From the NCBI GenBank assembly GCA_977017575.1, contig CDRNVI010000076.1:1-64000 (forward strand): a stretch of 64,000 bases of DNA, given 5' to 3'. Shown here one piece after another: positions 49,915 through 63,732 of this stretch. The DNA comes from Paramoeba atlantica. Taxonomy: Eukaryota > Protista > Discosea. The position numbers and the translations under genes were made by a program. Position 1 is the stretch's first letter. Every line of letters begins with the position of its first letter. The notes under the pieces are model-generated. The model was not told the origin of the DNA, searched no databases, and worked only from the letters and a program-made list of their open reading frames with translations.

Positions 49915-52258
49915 TCACACCCGGAACAGACGATTCCTTATGCACGACCTGGTGTAAGTGTTGGAGGAACCTCGGTTCCGACTCACTGAGCCCGTGTACG
50001 TGCCCATAGGTGCAATTTTGCAATTCAATCTACCTAACAAGGAGTAGGTAACAAGGCCTAACTTAGGCAACAACAAGGCAATAGTCTTGACACACACACT
50101 CAGATCCCTGCATGGGATCTCACAAACGTGCATTCCATATAAACAACCACAGGGGTGGTCAATAAAAAAGGACCCCACATTCTCGTCACCAACATCCACG
50201 GTGAGTCCTGCACAACCCTCTCTCTTCAAGCTTATACAGCTTCCTCACTATATAAATGAAACAGATGTAGAGCACATAGCAGGTGTGCTATGTGTGATCA
50301 TGTGTTGATACACTCTCACTCCACGGTCAAGTCTCAACAACCTCATGGTTGGGTCAGACACCCACTCACACGACAACAAAGTCCTTATGCACGACCTGGT
50401 GTAAGTGTTGGAGGAACCTCGGTTCCGACTCACTGAGCCCGTGTACGTGCCCATAGGTGCAATTTTGCAATTCAATCTACCTAACAAGGAGTAAACAAAG
50501 ATAACACAAAGGTGTTATGCCTTGATCACAGAGACAAAACCGTCTCGATCACAAAGACTCCGCATTACAGTGTGGGGATCTCAGGAACGTGCTTCTCATG
50601 TGCACAAGAATGTATGTGTTCCACATGCACGAGAGGTACATAAAGCGCTTCATGGTAGTCTCATGGTTGGGTCAGACACCCACTCACACGACAACAAAGT
50701 CTTTATGCACGACCTGGTGTAAGTGTTGGAGGAATCTCCTTAACAAAGATATAGGAGTAAACAAAGGCCATGTCTTGATCACAAAGACGCTCCGCATTAC
50801 GGCGTGGGGATCTCAGGAACGTGCTTCTCATGTGCACAAGAACATGTGTGAATCAACACACTACCTTCTTACTTAACCTCTTTTACACACAGCTTGGGTC
50901 TTACGGCATACACAAGAGTAGGTGCATACGACGCATAAGACAAAAAAATCAGAATGATCTAGTTGAAAGAACCTCCGTTCCGACTCACTGTACTACCACT
51001 TTGTTCCACAGATCGCTCTGTTTTTAACCGGATGGGAGTAGCTTAGTATGATTGAAATGGATTGAATGCGTAACGACGCCTCCAATCCCTCCACCGAGGC
51101 ACGGCATCCACACCGCAGTGAGGATGATGCGTGCGCAAGAGTTAGTACTGTCTGAGAATAAAAAAATCAACAAGGTACAGAAACTGTATCTCTATCGTTA
51201 CCGTGTACATGCCTCTAAGTGCAATTTCGCAAATCAACGAAAACAAATGATCCTTCACAGGGCAGACATACTCATGACTCTGCTTTCAAGGCACTGCAGT
51301 CATGAGCTGCAGTCATTTTGGGGGCGAGGTTGTCCAGTGATTGACTGCTCGTTACACTCGCTTAGCGATGAATTCCGATCCTTCATCCCTTCGTCAAAGT
51401 CATCCCACTTCCGATTTACGTCATCTATCTTCCCGGAATACGGGAAATTCGTTTTTGAGTGGGAATGTTCTATGAGAGAGAAAGCACTGAGTATGGAGAG
51501 GAAAGCTAGTGAACAAGAGAGCCAAACTACAAATTTTATAAGTAGTGCACGTGAATTTGTTCCGTACATCGATAAGTAGCGTACCTGGATAAGTAGCGTG
51601 CTTGGGGGCACAGATGGGCGTTGTAGTAGTTTGGATGAGTACTCATCGAAACGACCTCTGCACATGGTACTTTGGATGAGTACTTTTCACTATATTACCA
51701 ACGTCTGACTCTGTAAGGCTAAACTGTGAACGTAGCCCTGGGACACGTGTGCTTCTCTCTAGATTCGTGGGAAGCAATTTGCGAAGCCCAACTACTTGAT
51801 AACAAATTTTAGTACCCATTTTGGCCGCGCGGGGGCCCCCGCGTGAGCGGGGGTGCGCGCGGCCGCGAAACGGCGAGGGCCCGCGTGAGCGGGCCTGAGC
51901 CGTACCCCGCGTAGGATTCCCCTGTGCGTCGTTAGTGGGAAGCAATTTGCGAAGCTCACCGATTTTCGTAGTTTTCTCTACGCAGGCGTTGTCAACGTAT
52001 GTAGTGAAGTGTAGGATACTGAACGCACGGAAAACGAAAATCAAAAAAAAATCTTGGGTGTTCCACAAAAGTCCTTGACTTATGCAAAAGTCCTTGACTT
52101 CCACCGGCGCTGAGAACCTATGTCTGCCACTTCCGCAGGATTGTGTATTTTTGTACTATATTGCATCACCTATAACCTGGCAACAATTTACGTGATTGCT
52201 GACTACGGAAGAAAGTACTCATGAGATGCGCCACGGAAGAAAGTACTCATCCAAAGTA

Positions 52259-52627
52259 CCATGTGCAGAGGTCGTTTCAATGAGTACTCATCCAAACTAC
52301 CATGTGAAGAGGTCGTTTCGATGAGTACTCATCCAAACTACCATGTGAAGAGGTCGTTTCGATGAGTACTCATCCAAACTACCATGTTAAGAGGTCGTTT
52401 CAATGAGTACTCATCCAAACTACCATGTGAAGAGGTCGTTTCAATGAGTACTCATCCAAACTACCATGTGAAGAGGTCGTTTCAATGAGTACGCATCCAA
52501 ACTACCATGTGAAGAGGTCGTTTCAATGAGTACTCATCCAAACTACCATGTGAAGAGGTCGTTTCAATGAGTACTCATCCAAACTACCATGTGAAGAGGT
52601 CATTTCGATGAGTACTCATCCAAACTA
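52259..52627. repeat. 41-bp IGS satellite, 9 copies (unit 5)
   Basis: 369 bp = 9 x 41; copies 2-3 match the consensus start and copy 4 is the variant CCATGTTAAG. Confidence 0.97.
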
Positions 52628-52806
52628 CCATTACAACGCGATTTATGGTAGTTTGGATGAGTACTTCCATTTTCGTCGGAGGCCGGTGATAGTAGTTTGG
52701 ATGAGTACTCATCGAAACTACCACAACCCCCTAGGAGGTAATGGTAGTTTGGATGAGTACTCATCGGAACTACCACAATCCCCACAGATGCATCGAGCTC
52801 CCTCTG

Positions 52807-53182
52807 AAAAAGTGACAGCTGGCCACCCTATGAAAAAGTGGCCACCTGGCCCCGCTTTGAAAAAGTGGCCACCTGGCCACCCTATGAAAAAGTGGCCACC
52901 TGGCCACCCTATAAAAAAGTGGCCACCTGGCCACCCTATGAAAAAGTGGCCAGCTAGCCCCGCTTTGAAAAAGTGGCCACCTGGCCACCCTATGCGTAAC
53001 CTGGCCACCCCATAAAAAAGGGGCCACCTGGCCACCCTATCGAAAAGTAGCCACCTGGCCACCCTATGAAAAAGTGGCCACCTGGCCACCCTATGAAAAA
53101 GTGGCCACCTGGCCGCCCTATGAAAAAGTGGCCACCTGGCCGCCCTATGAAGAAGTGGCCACCTGGCCACCCTATGAAAAAG
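52807..53182. repeat. Distal 27-bp array, 14 copies (unit 5)
   Basis: 376 bp; includes the CCAGCTAGCCCCGCTTTG variant monomer. Confidence 0.95.
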
Positions 53183-54205
53183 TGTGGTGTCCGGGTGATA
53201 GCCAGGCACGATCCAAAATTTACTGCTTTTAGCCGCGTGCTCCAGGCTATGAAATCATAGCTTTTGCCGCACTGCACACTTTTTAGGCTGTGCGCACTAC
53301 GGACGGCACATCGGCCAAGCATCCAATGATCATTTGTTAGTGTGTATGGGTATTTACCCTAGTTTCCTAGTGTTTCGTTGTGTTAACACTGGGTAACTCC
53401 ATACGCGGGAAAGAATCTGTCCTACTTTTTTAGCACCTTGATTTATTGGTGACGGGCAGACTCTTTCCGCGGCATTCCTCACACCCTAGTTCTTTGGCGC
53501 CTTGTTTTGTTGCCGCCGGGTGCTGGAATTGCTATTTTTGGAGATGAAAAAGGTCCAAAAAGTTGTTCACCCACTCACTGTAATCCTGTAAGAAACCCCT
53601 TTTGTCCTACAAGTGGGGTCGTAGCGCAAGCTTCTCTCGCGAGAGACTTCCCTATGTCGGTCCTCGTACTCTTTTGAAGCGGGGCTGAGACAACTTTCAC
53701 ACCGTTGGCGGTGCAGGTGGTGAAAGAGAAAAAATTAGAGATCAGCAATGAGGGGATTCACGCGGCGACGTAGGCATTGAACAAGGGTTTTCTTTCTCAA
53801 AAGTTTCTACAGAAAGTGTGTGTTTCCACTCACGCACCTCACTGGAGACACCCCATTAACTGGGTAGCGCGAGACTTGCTAACCAACGCTTAAGTGAATC
53901 TCGTGTTGCGTCAGGCTCTGCTTTGCTTGTATTCGCTAAAACTACACTGCTCCGGATTGTTAGAATTGAAGATTTTTATGCTTTGGTCTCTGCTGGAGAT
54001 GGGGTAGGATTATCTCTCCCACCTGACACATCCAAAAGGATATCTAGACAACATCATCCCGTTCGGTTAATAAGAAAGGGGTGCTTAACGAAAAAGTGGT
54101 GCTTAGCAAAGAAGGGGTGGGTTGCCTGGAAAAGTAACGTACCTTCTTGGTTTCCCGAAACGATTTATTCCGTGAGATCCCGATGATTAGTCCTTCCCGA
54201 GATGG

Positions 54206-54398
54206 AAAAAGTGGCCACCTGGCCACCCCCCAAAAAAAGTGGCCACCTGGCCACCCCCCAAAAAAAGTGGCCACCTGGCCACCCCCCAAAAAAAGTGGCC
54301 ACCTGGCCACCCCCCCAAAAAAAGTGGCCACCTGGCCACCCCCCCAAAAAAAGTGGCCACCTGGCCACCCCCCCAAAAAAAGTGGCCACCTGGCCACC
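54206..54398. repeat. Proximal 28/29-bp array, 7 copies
   Basis: Same as 10424-10616. Confidence 0.96.
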
Positions 54399-54659
54399 AA
54401 AAACACGGTTTGCATTTTGTATATATAAGATGAAAAAAATTTTGGATGGTTCGACCCGTAATTGAAAGTGAGGCGAAAGTGCCCACAAGTCGCAACGCAG
54501 CTCACTCGTATGATTGAATACATCTTGTGGCTTCCTAGTAAGCCGATGTATGCACGATGAGGAACAGAAATACAGTCCCATTGAGATGGGTACTACATTG
54601 AACCTTGCAGTTTACTGTGAGGGAACAGATTGAGAGAGGAATCACCCTCCCTTTCAAGA

Positions 54660-56683
54660 AACCTGGTTGATTCTGCCAGTAGTCATATGCTTGTTTCAAG
54701 GATTAAGCCATGCAAGCCTAAGAGTAACTGAGACAATAGGAGGTCTGCGAACGGCTCATTATATCAGAAATGATCTACCGGGAGAATTGCAGTGAAAACT
54801 GCTTGAATGGATAACTTCGCGAAAGGCGAAGCTAATACATGTACGTCACGTGACACATTCCATTCAACCACTGCGGGGAAACCCAAGGTGGGGAATGTGG
54901 CTCGCGAATGGTTGGTACAAAGACCGACGCCAGTAATGGCAGTGTCGTAAATTGATGAATCAAACCATTCAGCAAAAGCGCACCTTTGGTGTGCGAGTCC
55001 CGACGAATTTCTGCCCTATCAGCTTTTGACGGTAGTGTAGTGGACTACCGTGGCGATAACGGGTACGGGGAATTAGGGTTCGATTCCGGAGAGGGAGCCT
55101 GAGAAACAGCTACCACTTCTACGGAGGGCAGCAGGCGCGTAAATTGCCCAATGCCAAATTGGTGAGGCAGCGAAGAGAAATAGCGTCCCCGCCTCTTTGA
55201 GTGTGGGGTTCGCAATGGGTGGTACGTAAACCCACCAACGAGTAACAATTGGAGGACAAGTCTGGTGCCAGCACCCGCGGTAATTCCAGCTCCAATAGCG
55301 TATATTAACGTTGTTGCTGTTAAAGGGTTCGTAGTTGAATTCAGAGTGGTGAAAGTTTGCTGCCTCGGCAGCTCTTCCTCACCACTCTGTCCTAGACGGG
55401 GCCGGAGTCTGCGGAAGCGTCCCTTCAGTGGTGACGTGGAAGCGGTTGGCCGAAGAGGCTAACATCCCACATGCAACGCATGTCGAGACCGCCCGTCGTT
55501 ATCACTGTGAAGAAAACAGCGTGTTCAAAGCAGCCGCCTGCGGCTGGATGATAAAGCATGGAATGACAAAGCATCGACCACTGGGTCAGTCTTTTGTCGG
55601 TTTTTACGACCCAACATGGGTAATCGGTTGGCGAAGTGTTAATTTCCGTCACCTTGTGTGATGGAAAGCTTCGTCGAACACGGGATCAATGGGGGTTGTC
55701 GGGGGAAAACGTATCTGAGCGTGAGAGGTGAAATTCTTAGACCGCTCGGGGACGAACTTATGCGAAGGCATTTTCCAAGTATACCTTCATCAATCAAGAA
55801 CTAAAGTGTGGAGATCGAAGATGATTAGATACCATTGTAGTCCACGACTGCAAACGATGACGCCCATGGATCGGATAGCATTTTGCTCTGATGGGATCTT
55901 TTCGGCACTGCTCCCCCTTCAACGCGAAAGCTGAGGCTATGGTCTCATGGGGGAGTACGTTCGCAAGGCTGAAACTTAAAGAAATTGACGGAATGGCACC
56001 ACCAGGCGTGGAGTGTGCGGTTTAATTTGACTCAACACGGGGAACCTTACCAGGACAGGACAACGGTAGGATTGACAGATTGAGAGTTCTTTCTTAATTC
56101 GTTTGACGGTGGTGCATGGCCGCTTTTGGTCGGTGAAGTGATTTGTTTGGTTGATTCCTTTAACGGACGAGACCCAATCCGCTTACTAGGGGCACCATCT
56201 ACCGAAAGGTAAACGGAAGCGAGGGGATTCGTCCCACTCGTCTTCCCAGATAGTGCATCCCCTTCTTCGCGGCATTCCGTGCGCCTTAGCACGGTGGCAT
56301 TTTGGGCAACAGCAGGTCCGTGATGCTCCTAAATGTCCTGGGCGACACGCGCACTACAATGACAAAGTGAATGAGTGAAGCCTTTTTGGTCCTTCTTCGA
56401 AAGAAGTGGGGAAACTGAGAAAACTCTGTCGTGCTTGGGATCGAAGCTTGCAATTATTCTTCTTGAACGAGGAATGCCTAGTAGACGTGCTTCATCAAAG
56501 CGCATTGACTACGTCCCTGCCATTTGTACACACCGCCCGTCGTTGTTACCGATGCCAGTTGGATAAAGGTTAACGGACTTGCGATCCCTTCGAGGATTGT
56601 GGGAAAGTTAACCCATATTTAACTAGTAGAGGAAGCAAAAGTCGTAACAAGGTAGCTGTAGGTGAACCTGCAGCTGGATCATT
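54660..56683 (+). rRNA. 18S rRNA: 18S rRNA, unit 6
   Basis: AACCTGGTTGATTCTGCC ... GGATCATT. Confidence 0.98.
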
Positions 56684-56937
56684 TCGAAAGTTTTCGAACC
56701 TTGAACAACAGGCACACCGTACGGTGCGTCCTAACACAGCCCTCCCGAGTGCTCGTTTGCGCTCGGGGAAGGGAAACCGTCTGTTCCAAACCCCGTTCGC
56801 GGGGTTTGGGGGGACTCTTTTTTTGTTCCTCCTCGTCGACGGCGCAAGCCGTAGACGGCTCAAGGGGGTTTACTCGGCCCGGTGCTACGCGTGGGGGGGA
56901 AACCCCCCACGCGCCCGGATGAAACCGAGTCATGTAT

Positions 56938-57094
56938 AACTTATGACGGTGGATGTCTTGGCTTCCCAATCGATGAAGGACGCGGCAATATGCGATAATT
57001 CGTACGCATTGCAGAATCAAGCGTAGTACTAAACCTTTGAACGCAACATGTGTGCTGGGTCTCGCACTCAAGCACGTCCACAGTTCAGTGCCGA
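56938..57094 (+). rRNA. 5.8S rRNA: 5.8S rRNA, unit 6
   Basis: Same as unit 1 at offset +54995. Confidence 0.93.
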
Positions 57095-57167
57095 TAACCT
57101 TGCTGGGGAACGACACGTGCCCTGAAATCGAATTCCGTTGGTGTCTCACACCAAAGAAACCATTTTC

Positions 57168-58578
57168 AAGGCCTGAGCTGTGGTCGACCACCCGCTGAAC
57201 TTAAGCATATCATTAAGCGGAGGAAAAGAAAACAACTGTGATTCCCCTAGTAGCGGCGAGCGAAGAGGGATTAGCCCAATCCGAATCGGATCACATCCGA
57301 ATTGTGGGGTAAGAGGTCTCAGGAAAGCCTGGACACTCGGACAAGTCTTCCTGGAACGGAGCGCCATAGAGGGTGAGAGCCCCTTGATCCGAGTCCTCCT
57401 CAGGCGGGATTAACTTGAGACTTGCGGAGTAGTACTGCTTGGGAATGCAGTGCGAAGGGCAGGTATACCTCTGCCAAGGCTAAATATCTTGGGAAGACCG
57501 ATAGCATACAAGTAGCGTGAGCGAAAGATGAAAAGCACTTTGGAGAGAGAGTGAAATAGCACCTGAAGCCGTCATAAGATAAGGGATGTACCACTATCCA
57601 AGACGTGTGTAGGGCACCTCGGGGGCAACCCCGGGGTGTCTTCCGCACACGTCATGTCTGTCGCTGTTCCCACGCCGAGCAAGGGGGTTGGTGTGATTTC
57701 GCACCTTCGTCACTTTTGTACTCGAGCGTGTGGTTGGGACAGTCTTACCCTTCGGGAGGGATGAAACGGTGGAGATCTCGGCTGCGGCTCCGTCCTGGGT
57801 TTGGAGCGTCTCCCGCCCTCGGGTGGGGGCCTCCGGCTCGGATGGGGTTCGCGGCAGGAGCTCCCGTGTTCGCTCTCCACAGACAGACTTTGAGATGGCC
57901 ATAGGCCACGATGGGGTTCATCCGCCCGTCTTGAAACACGGACCAAGGAGTCTAACAAGTATGCGAGTCATATACTGGAAAGGTATAAGGCGTACTGAAA
58001 GGGAAGCGCGTATGTCCGCGTGAGGTGTCAACCCGTTGTGCGGGGTTATGCCCCGCACCCGGGTGCAACACCGGCCGAGACTTGGCCATGGGCCGGGTTT
58101 TTGAGCCTGAGCATACATGTTGGGACCCGAAAGGTGGTGATCTATGCCTGAACAGGACGAAGCCGAGGGAAACCTGGGTGGAGGTCCGTAGCGATGTTGA
58201 CGTGCAAATCACTCGTTGGATTTGGGTATAGGGGCGAAAGACTCATCGAACCACCTAGTAGCTGGTTCACCCCGAAGTTTCCCTCAGGATAGCTGGTGAC
58301 AGTAAAGCAGTCGTGTGCGGTAAAGCAAATGATTAGAGGCATTGGCTTCAATTTGATGTCGACCTATTCTCAAACTTTAAACGTGCACAGCATTTGGCTT
58401 GCTTTCATGAAGCCAAAGGTAATGGATGATGTCACCAAGTGGGCCTCTTTCGGTAAGCGGAACAGGCGATGCGGAATGCTCCGCAAGGGAACTTAAGGCG
58501 CCTAAGTGCGGGCTCATAGATACCATGAAGGGTGTTCGTTGATCTAGACAGCAGGACGGTGGCCATGGAAGTCGGAAT

Positions 58579-58612
<34 letters not shown>

Positions 58613-59706
58613 TCAACCAGCCCCGAAAATGGATGGCGCTCAAGCCCGCCGCCGACAGTTCCCCGGAACTGTAACTGTGGGAGGGCACAAGAAACACAGT
58701 TCCGTGTAGGGGTGCGTGGAGGCAAAGCTGCGAAGCCTTTGGCGTGAGCCTGGGTGGAGCTGCCTCTAGTGCAGATCTTGGTTGTAGTAGCGAATATTCA
58801 ACTGCGGAAATTCCGCGATATATCGTTGAAGGCTGAAGTGGGGAAGGGTTTCGTGTCAACGGCGATCGGACACGAGTCACTCGGTACTAAAGCCAACGTT
58901 GGACCGCACTTGTGGAACGGGGTGATGGCCGCCCGGGCGCCGCGTTCGCTCACCTCGTGTGGGCGGGCGTCGATGCCTGGGAACTCTACGGCTCCACCCA
59001 GTTGGCTGAAAGTAAAGCGGGCTTAACATTCCCGCAGCTGACCATGGGAATTTGAGGCGGTAACGCTTTTGAGACGATGCTGGTGACAGTGTGGGACGGG
59101 CCCGGAAGAGTTCTCTTTTCTTTTGAATGGACTTCCCCCTCCGTTGAGTTCGCGTCGTGCGGTGACGCGGAAGGGGATCCAGCAAAGCCATGCATTTGTG
59201 CGTGGTAGGGAAACCGTCTCACGCTTCAGAAAAAGCCAGCGGGGTCCTATTTCCTGATGGCAGGCCGTACCCATATCCGCATCCGGTCCCCAAGCTTAGA
59301 AAGCTCTAGCCAATAGAACAAGGTAGTCTAAGGGAAGTCGGCAAATTAGATGCGTATGCTCGCGAGAAGCATTGGCTCTGAAGGCAAAGCTGTTGGGAGC
59401 CGGCAAGTCCCTGGGCTCAAGGTCCTGGCTGACGTGCCCGCGTCGCGTGCTCCGCCCGCCTTGCGTGGGTGGGGCGTGTGTGCTGCGGTGTCACGCTTGA
59501 CGGGGCCTCCAGGGACTACGCCGACCCTTCGGGGACGGTGCAGCCGGGCAAACTCTCACAGCGCTGAATTGCTGTTTCAGAACTGCTTACCAAGGGGAAT
59601 CCAACTGTATAATTAAAACACAGGCTTGCGACGCAGCCAAGTGCTGTATGACGCAAGCTGATTTCTGCCCAGTGCTCTGAATGTCAATGTGACGAGATTC
59701 ACCTAC

Positions 59707-59763
<57 letters not shown>

Positions 59764-60508
59764 TTCTAATTAGAGACGCGCATGAATGGATTAATGAGAT
59801 TCCCACTGTCCCTAGCTACCATCTAGCGAACCAACTGCGTCAAGGGAACGGTCTTGAATGATTAAGCGGGGAAAGAAGACCCTGTTGAGTTTGACTCCAG
59901 TCTCAGTTTGCCGGGCGACATAGGAGGTGTAGTCATAGGTGGGAGGTGCTCGAAAGGGTGCCGGTTCTGAAAAACCACTTCTTTTATCGTTGCTCGGCAA
60001 ATCCAATGATAAGGCAAAGGGAGTTATGTCTTAAGGGGCTTCACGGCTCCCAGGGCATTCGTGCACCGTCCGAGTCCTACGGGAAATTCAACGGTGCCAA
60101 CTCACCTGTTGTAGCTCTAAACCCAGGTGCGGATGTACCAGGGTGAGCCTATGTTTGGAGACAAGACTGAGATGGGGAGTTTGGCTGGGGCGGCATATCT
60201 GCTAAACGACAACGCAGGTGTCCTAAGGCGAGCTCAGTGAGGACAGAAACCTCACGTGGCGCACAAGGGCAAAAGCTCGCTTGATCTTAGACTTTCAGTA
60301 CGAGTCTAGAATGTGAAAGCATGGCCAGCGATCCTTTGAGCACGTACATTCAGGTATAATGCCAGAGGTGTCATAAAAATTACCACAGGGATAACTGGCT
60401 TGTGGCAGCCAAGCGTTCCTAGCGACGTTGCCGTTTGATCCTTCGATGTCGGCTCTTCCTAGCCTTGCGCCGCAGTTGACGCAAAGGGTCGGATTGTTCA
60501 CCCGGATG

Positions 60509-60552
<44 letters not shown>

Positions 60553-60840
60553 TTACCCTACTTAATCAAACATTTCGGCAGGTTTGCCGAGGGAAATACG
60601 AAGTAGTACGAGAGGAACTTTCGTTTCGCCTCCCTAGCAACAGCGGCCCTTTGAAAAGAGGCGCCGCAAGACCACCAGGCGATGATTAACAGCTGAACGC
60701 CTCTTAAGCTGGAAATCAATCCCGAAGCAAACTTGGGCCTTCTAGGCCACTTGGGCGCAAAACGCGAGCGCGAAAACCATAATTACTCAAGTAATACGCG
60801 CGGTAGTAACCCTACCCCTATGAAAGAGCGGAGCGTCCAA
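57168..60840 (+). rRNA. 28S rRNA: 28S rRNA, unit 6 (3' end approximate)
   Basis: Same motifs as unit 1 at offset +54995. Confidence 0.97.
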
Positions 60841-63184
60841 TCACACCCGGAACAGACGATTCCTTATGCACGACCTGGTGTAAGTGTTGGAGGAACCTCG
60901 GTTCCGACTCACTGAGCCCGTGTACGTGCCCATAGGTGCAATTTTGCAATTCAATCTACCTAACAAGGAGTAGGTAACAAGGCCTAACTTAGGCAACAAC
61001 AAGGCAATAGTCTTGACACACACACTCAGATCCCTGCATGGGATCTCACAAACGTGCATTCCATATAAACAACCACAGGGGTGGTCAATAAAAAAGGACC
61101 CCACATTCTCGTCACCAACATCCACGGTGAGTCCTGCACAACCCTCTCTCTTCAAGCTTATACAGCTTCCTCACTATATAAATGAAACAGATGTAGAGCA
61201 CATAGCAGGTGTGCTATGTGTGATCATGTGTTGATACACTCTCACTCCACGGTCAAGTCTCAACAACCTCATGGTTGGGTCAGACACCCACTCACACGAC
61301 AACAAAGTCCTTATGCACGACCTGGTGTAAGTGTTGGAGGAACCTCGGTTCCGACTCACTGAGCCCGTGTACGTGCCCATAGGTGCAATTTTGCAATTCA
61401 ATCTACCTAACAAGGAGTAAACAAAGATAACACAAAGGTGTTATGCCTTGATCACAGAGACAAAACCGTCTCGATCACAAAGACTCCGCATTACAGTGTG
61501 GGGATCTCAGGAACGTGCTTCTCATGTGCACAAGAATGTATGTGTTCCACATGCACGAGAGGTACATAAAGCGCTTCATGGTAGTCTCATGGTTGGGTCA
61601 GACACCCACTCACACGACAACAAAGTCTTTATGCACGACCTGGTGTAAGTGTTGGAGGAATCTCCTTAACAAAGATATAGGAGTAAACAAAGGCCATGTC
61701 TTGATCACAAAGACGCTCCGCATTACGGCGTGGGGATCTCAGGAACGTGCTTCTCATGTGCACAAGAACATGTGTGAATCAACACACTACCTTCTTACTT
61801 AACCTCTTTTACACACAGCTTGGGTCTTACGGCATACACAAGAGTAGGTGCATACGACGCATAAGACAAAAAAATCAGAATGATCTAGTTGAAAGAACCT
61901 CCGTTCCGACTCACTGTACTACCACTTTGTTCCACAGATCGCTCTGTTTTTAACCGGATGGGAGTAGCTTAGTATGATTGAAATGGATTGAATGCGTAAC
62001 GACGCCTCCAATCCCTCCACCGAGGCACGGCATCCACACCGCAGTGAGGATGATGCGTGCGCAAGAGTTAGTACTGTCTGAGAATAAAAAAATCAACAAG
62101 GTACAGAAACTGTATCTCTATCGTTACCGTGTACATGCCTCTAAGTGCAATTTCGCAAATCAACGAAAACAAATGATCCTTCACAGGGCAGACATACTCA
62201 TGACTCTGCTTTCAAGGCACTGCAGTCATGAGCTGCAGTCATTTTGGGGGCGAGGTTGTCCAGTGATTGACTGCTCGTTACACTCGCTTAGCGATGAATT
62301 CCGATCCTTCATCCCTTCGTCAAAGTCATCCCACTTCCGATTTACGTCATCTATCTTCCCGGAATACGGGAAATTCGTTTTTGAGTGGGAATGTTCTATG
62401 AGAGAGAAAGCACTGAGTATGGAGAGGAAAGCTAGTGAACAAGAGAGCCAAACTACAAATTTTATAAGTAGTGCACGTGAATTTGTTCCGTACATCGATA
62501 AGTAGCGTACCTGGATAAGTAGCGTGCTTGGGGGCACAGATGGGCGTTGTAGTAGTTTGGATGAGTACTCATCGAAACGACCTCTGCACATGGTACTTTG
62601 GATGAGTACTTTTCACTATATTACCAACGTCTGACTCTGTAAGGCTAAACTGTGAACGTAGCCCTGGGACACGTGTGCTTCTCTCTAGATTCGTGGGAAG
62701 CAATTTGCGAAGCCCAACTACTTGATAACAAATTTTAGTACCCATTTTGGCCGCGCGGGGGCCCCCGCGTGAGCGGGGGTGCGCGCGGCCGCGAAACGGC
62801 GAGGGCCCGCGTGAGCGGGCCTGAGCCGTACCCCGCGTAGGATTCCCCTGTGCGTCGTTAGTGGGAAGCAATTTGCGAAGCTCACCGATTTTCGTAGTTT
62901 TCTCTACGCAGGCGTTGTCAACGTATGTAGTGAAGTGTAGGATACTGAACGCACGGAAAACGAAAATCAAAAAAAAATCTTGGGTGTTCCACAAAAGTCC
63001 TTGACTTATGCAAAAGTCCTTGACTTCCACCGGCGCTGAGAACCTATGTCTGCCACTTCCGCAGGATTGTGTATTTTTGTACTATATTGCATCACCTATA
63101 ACCTGGCAACAATTTACGTGATTGCTGACTACGGAAGAAAGTACTCATGAGATGCGCCACGGAAGAAAGTACTCATCCAAAGTA

Positions 63185-63553
63185 CCATGTGCAGAGGTCG
63201 TTTCAATGAGTACTCATCCAAACTACCATGTGAAGAGGTCGTTTCGATGAGTACTCATCCAAACTACCATGTGAAGAGGTCGTTTCGATGAGTACTCATC
63301 CAAACTACCATGTTAAGAGGTCGTTTCAATGAGTACTCATCCAAACTACCATGTGAAGAGGTCGTTTCAATGAGTACTCATCCAAACTACCATGTGAAGA
63401 GGTCGTTTCAATGAGTACGCATCCAAACTACCATGTGAAGAGGTCGTTTCAATGAGTACTCATCCAAACTACCATGTGAAGAGGTCGTTTCAATGAGTAC
63501 TCATCCAAACTACCATGTGAAGAGGTCATTTCGATGAGTACTCATCCAAACTA
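63185..63553. repeat. 41-bp IGS satellite, 9 copies (unit 6)
   Basis: 369 bp = 9 x 41. Confidence 0.97.
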
Positions 63554-63732
63554 CCATTACAACGCGATTTATGGTAGTTTGGATGAGTACTTCCATTTTC
63601 GTCGGAGGCCGGTGATAGTAGTTTGGATGAGTACTCATCGAAACTACCACAACCCCCTAGGAGGTAATGGTAGTTTGGATGAGTACTCATCGGAACTACC
63701 ACAATCCCCACAGATGCATCGAGCTCCCTCTG

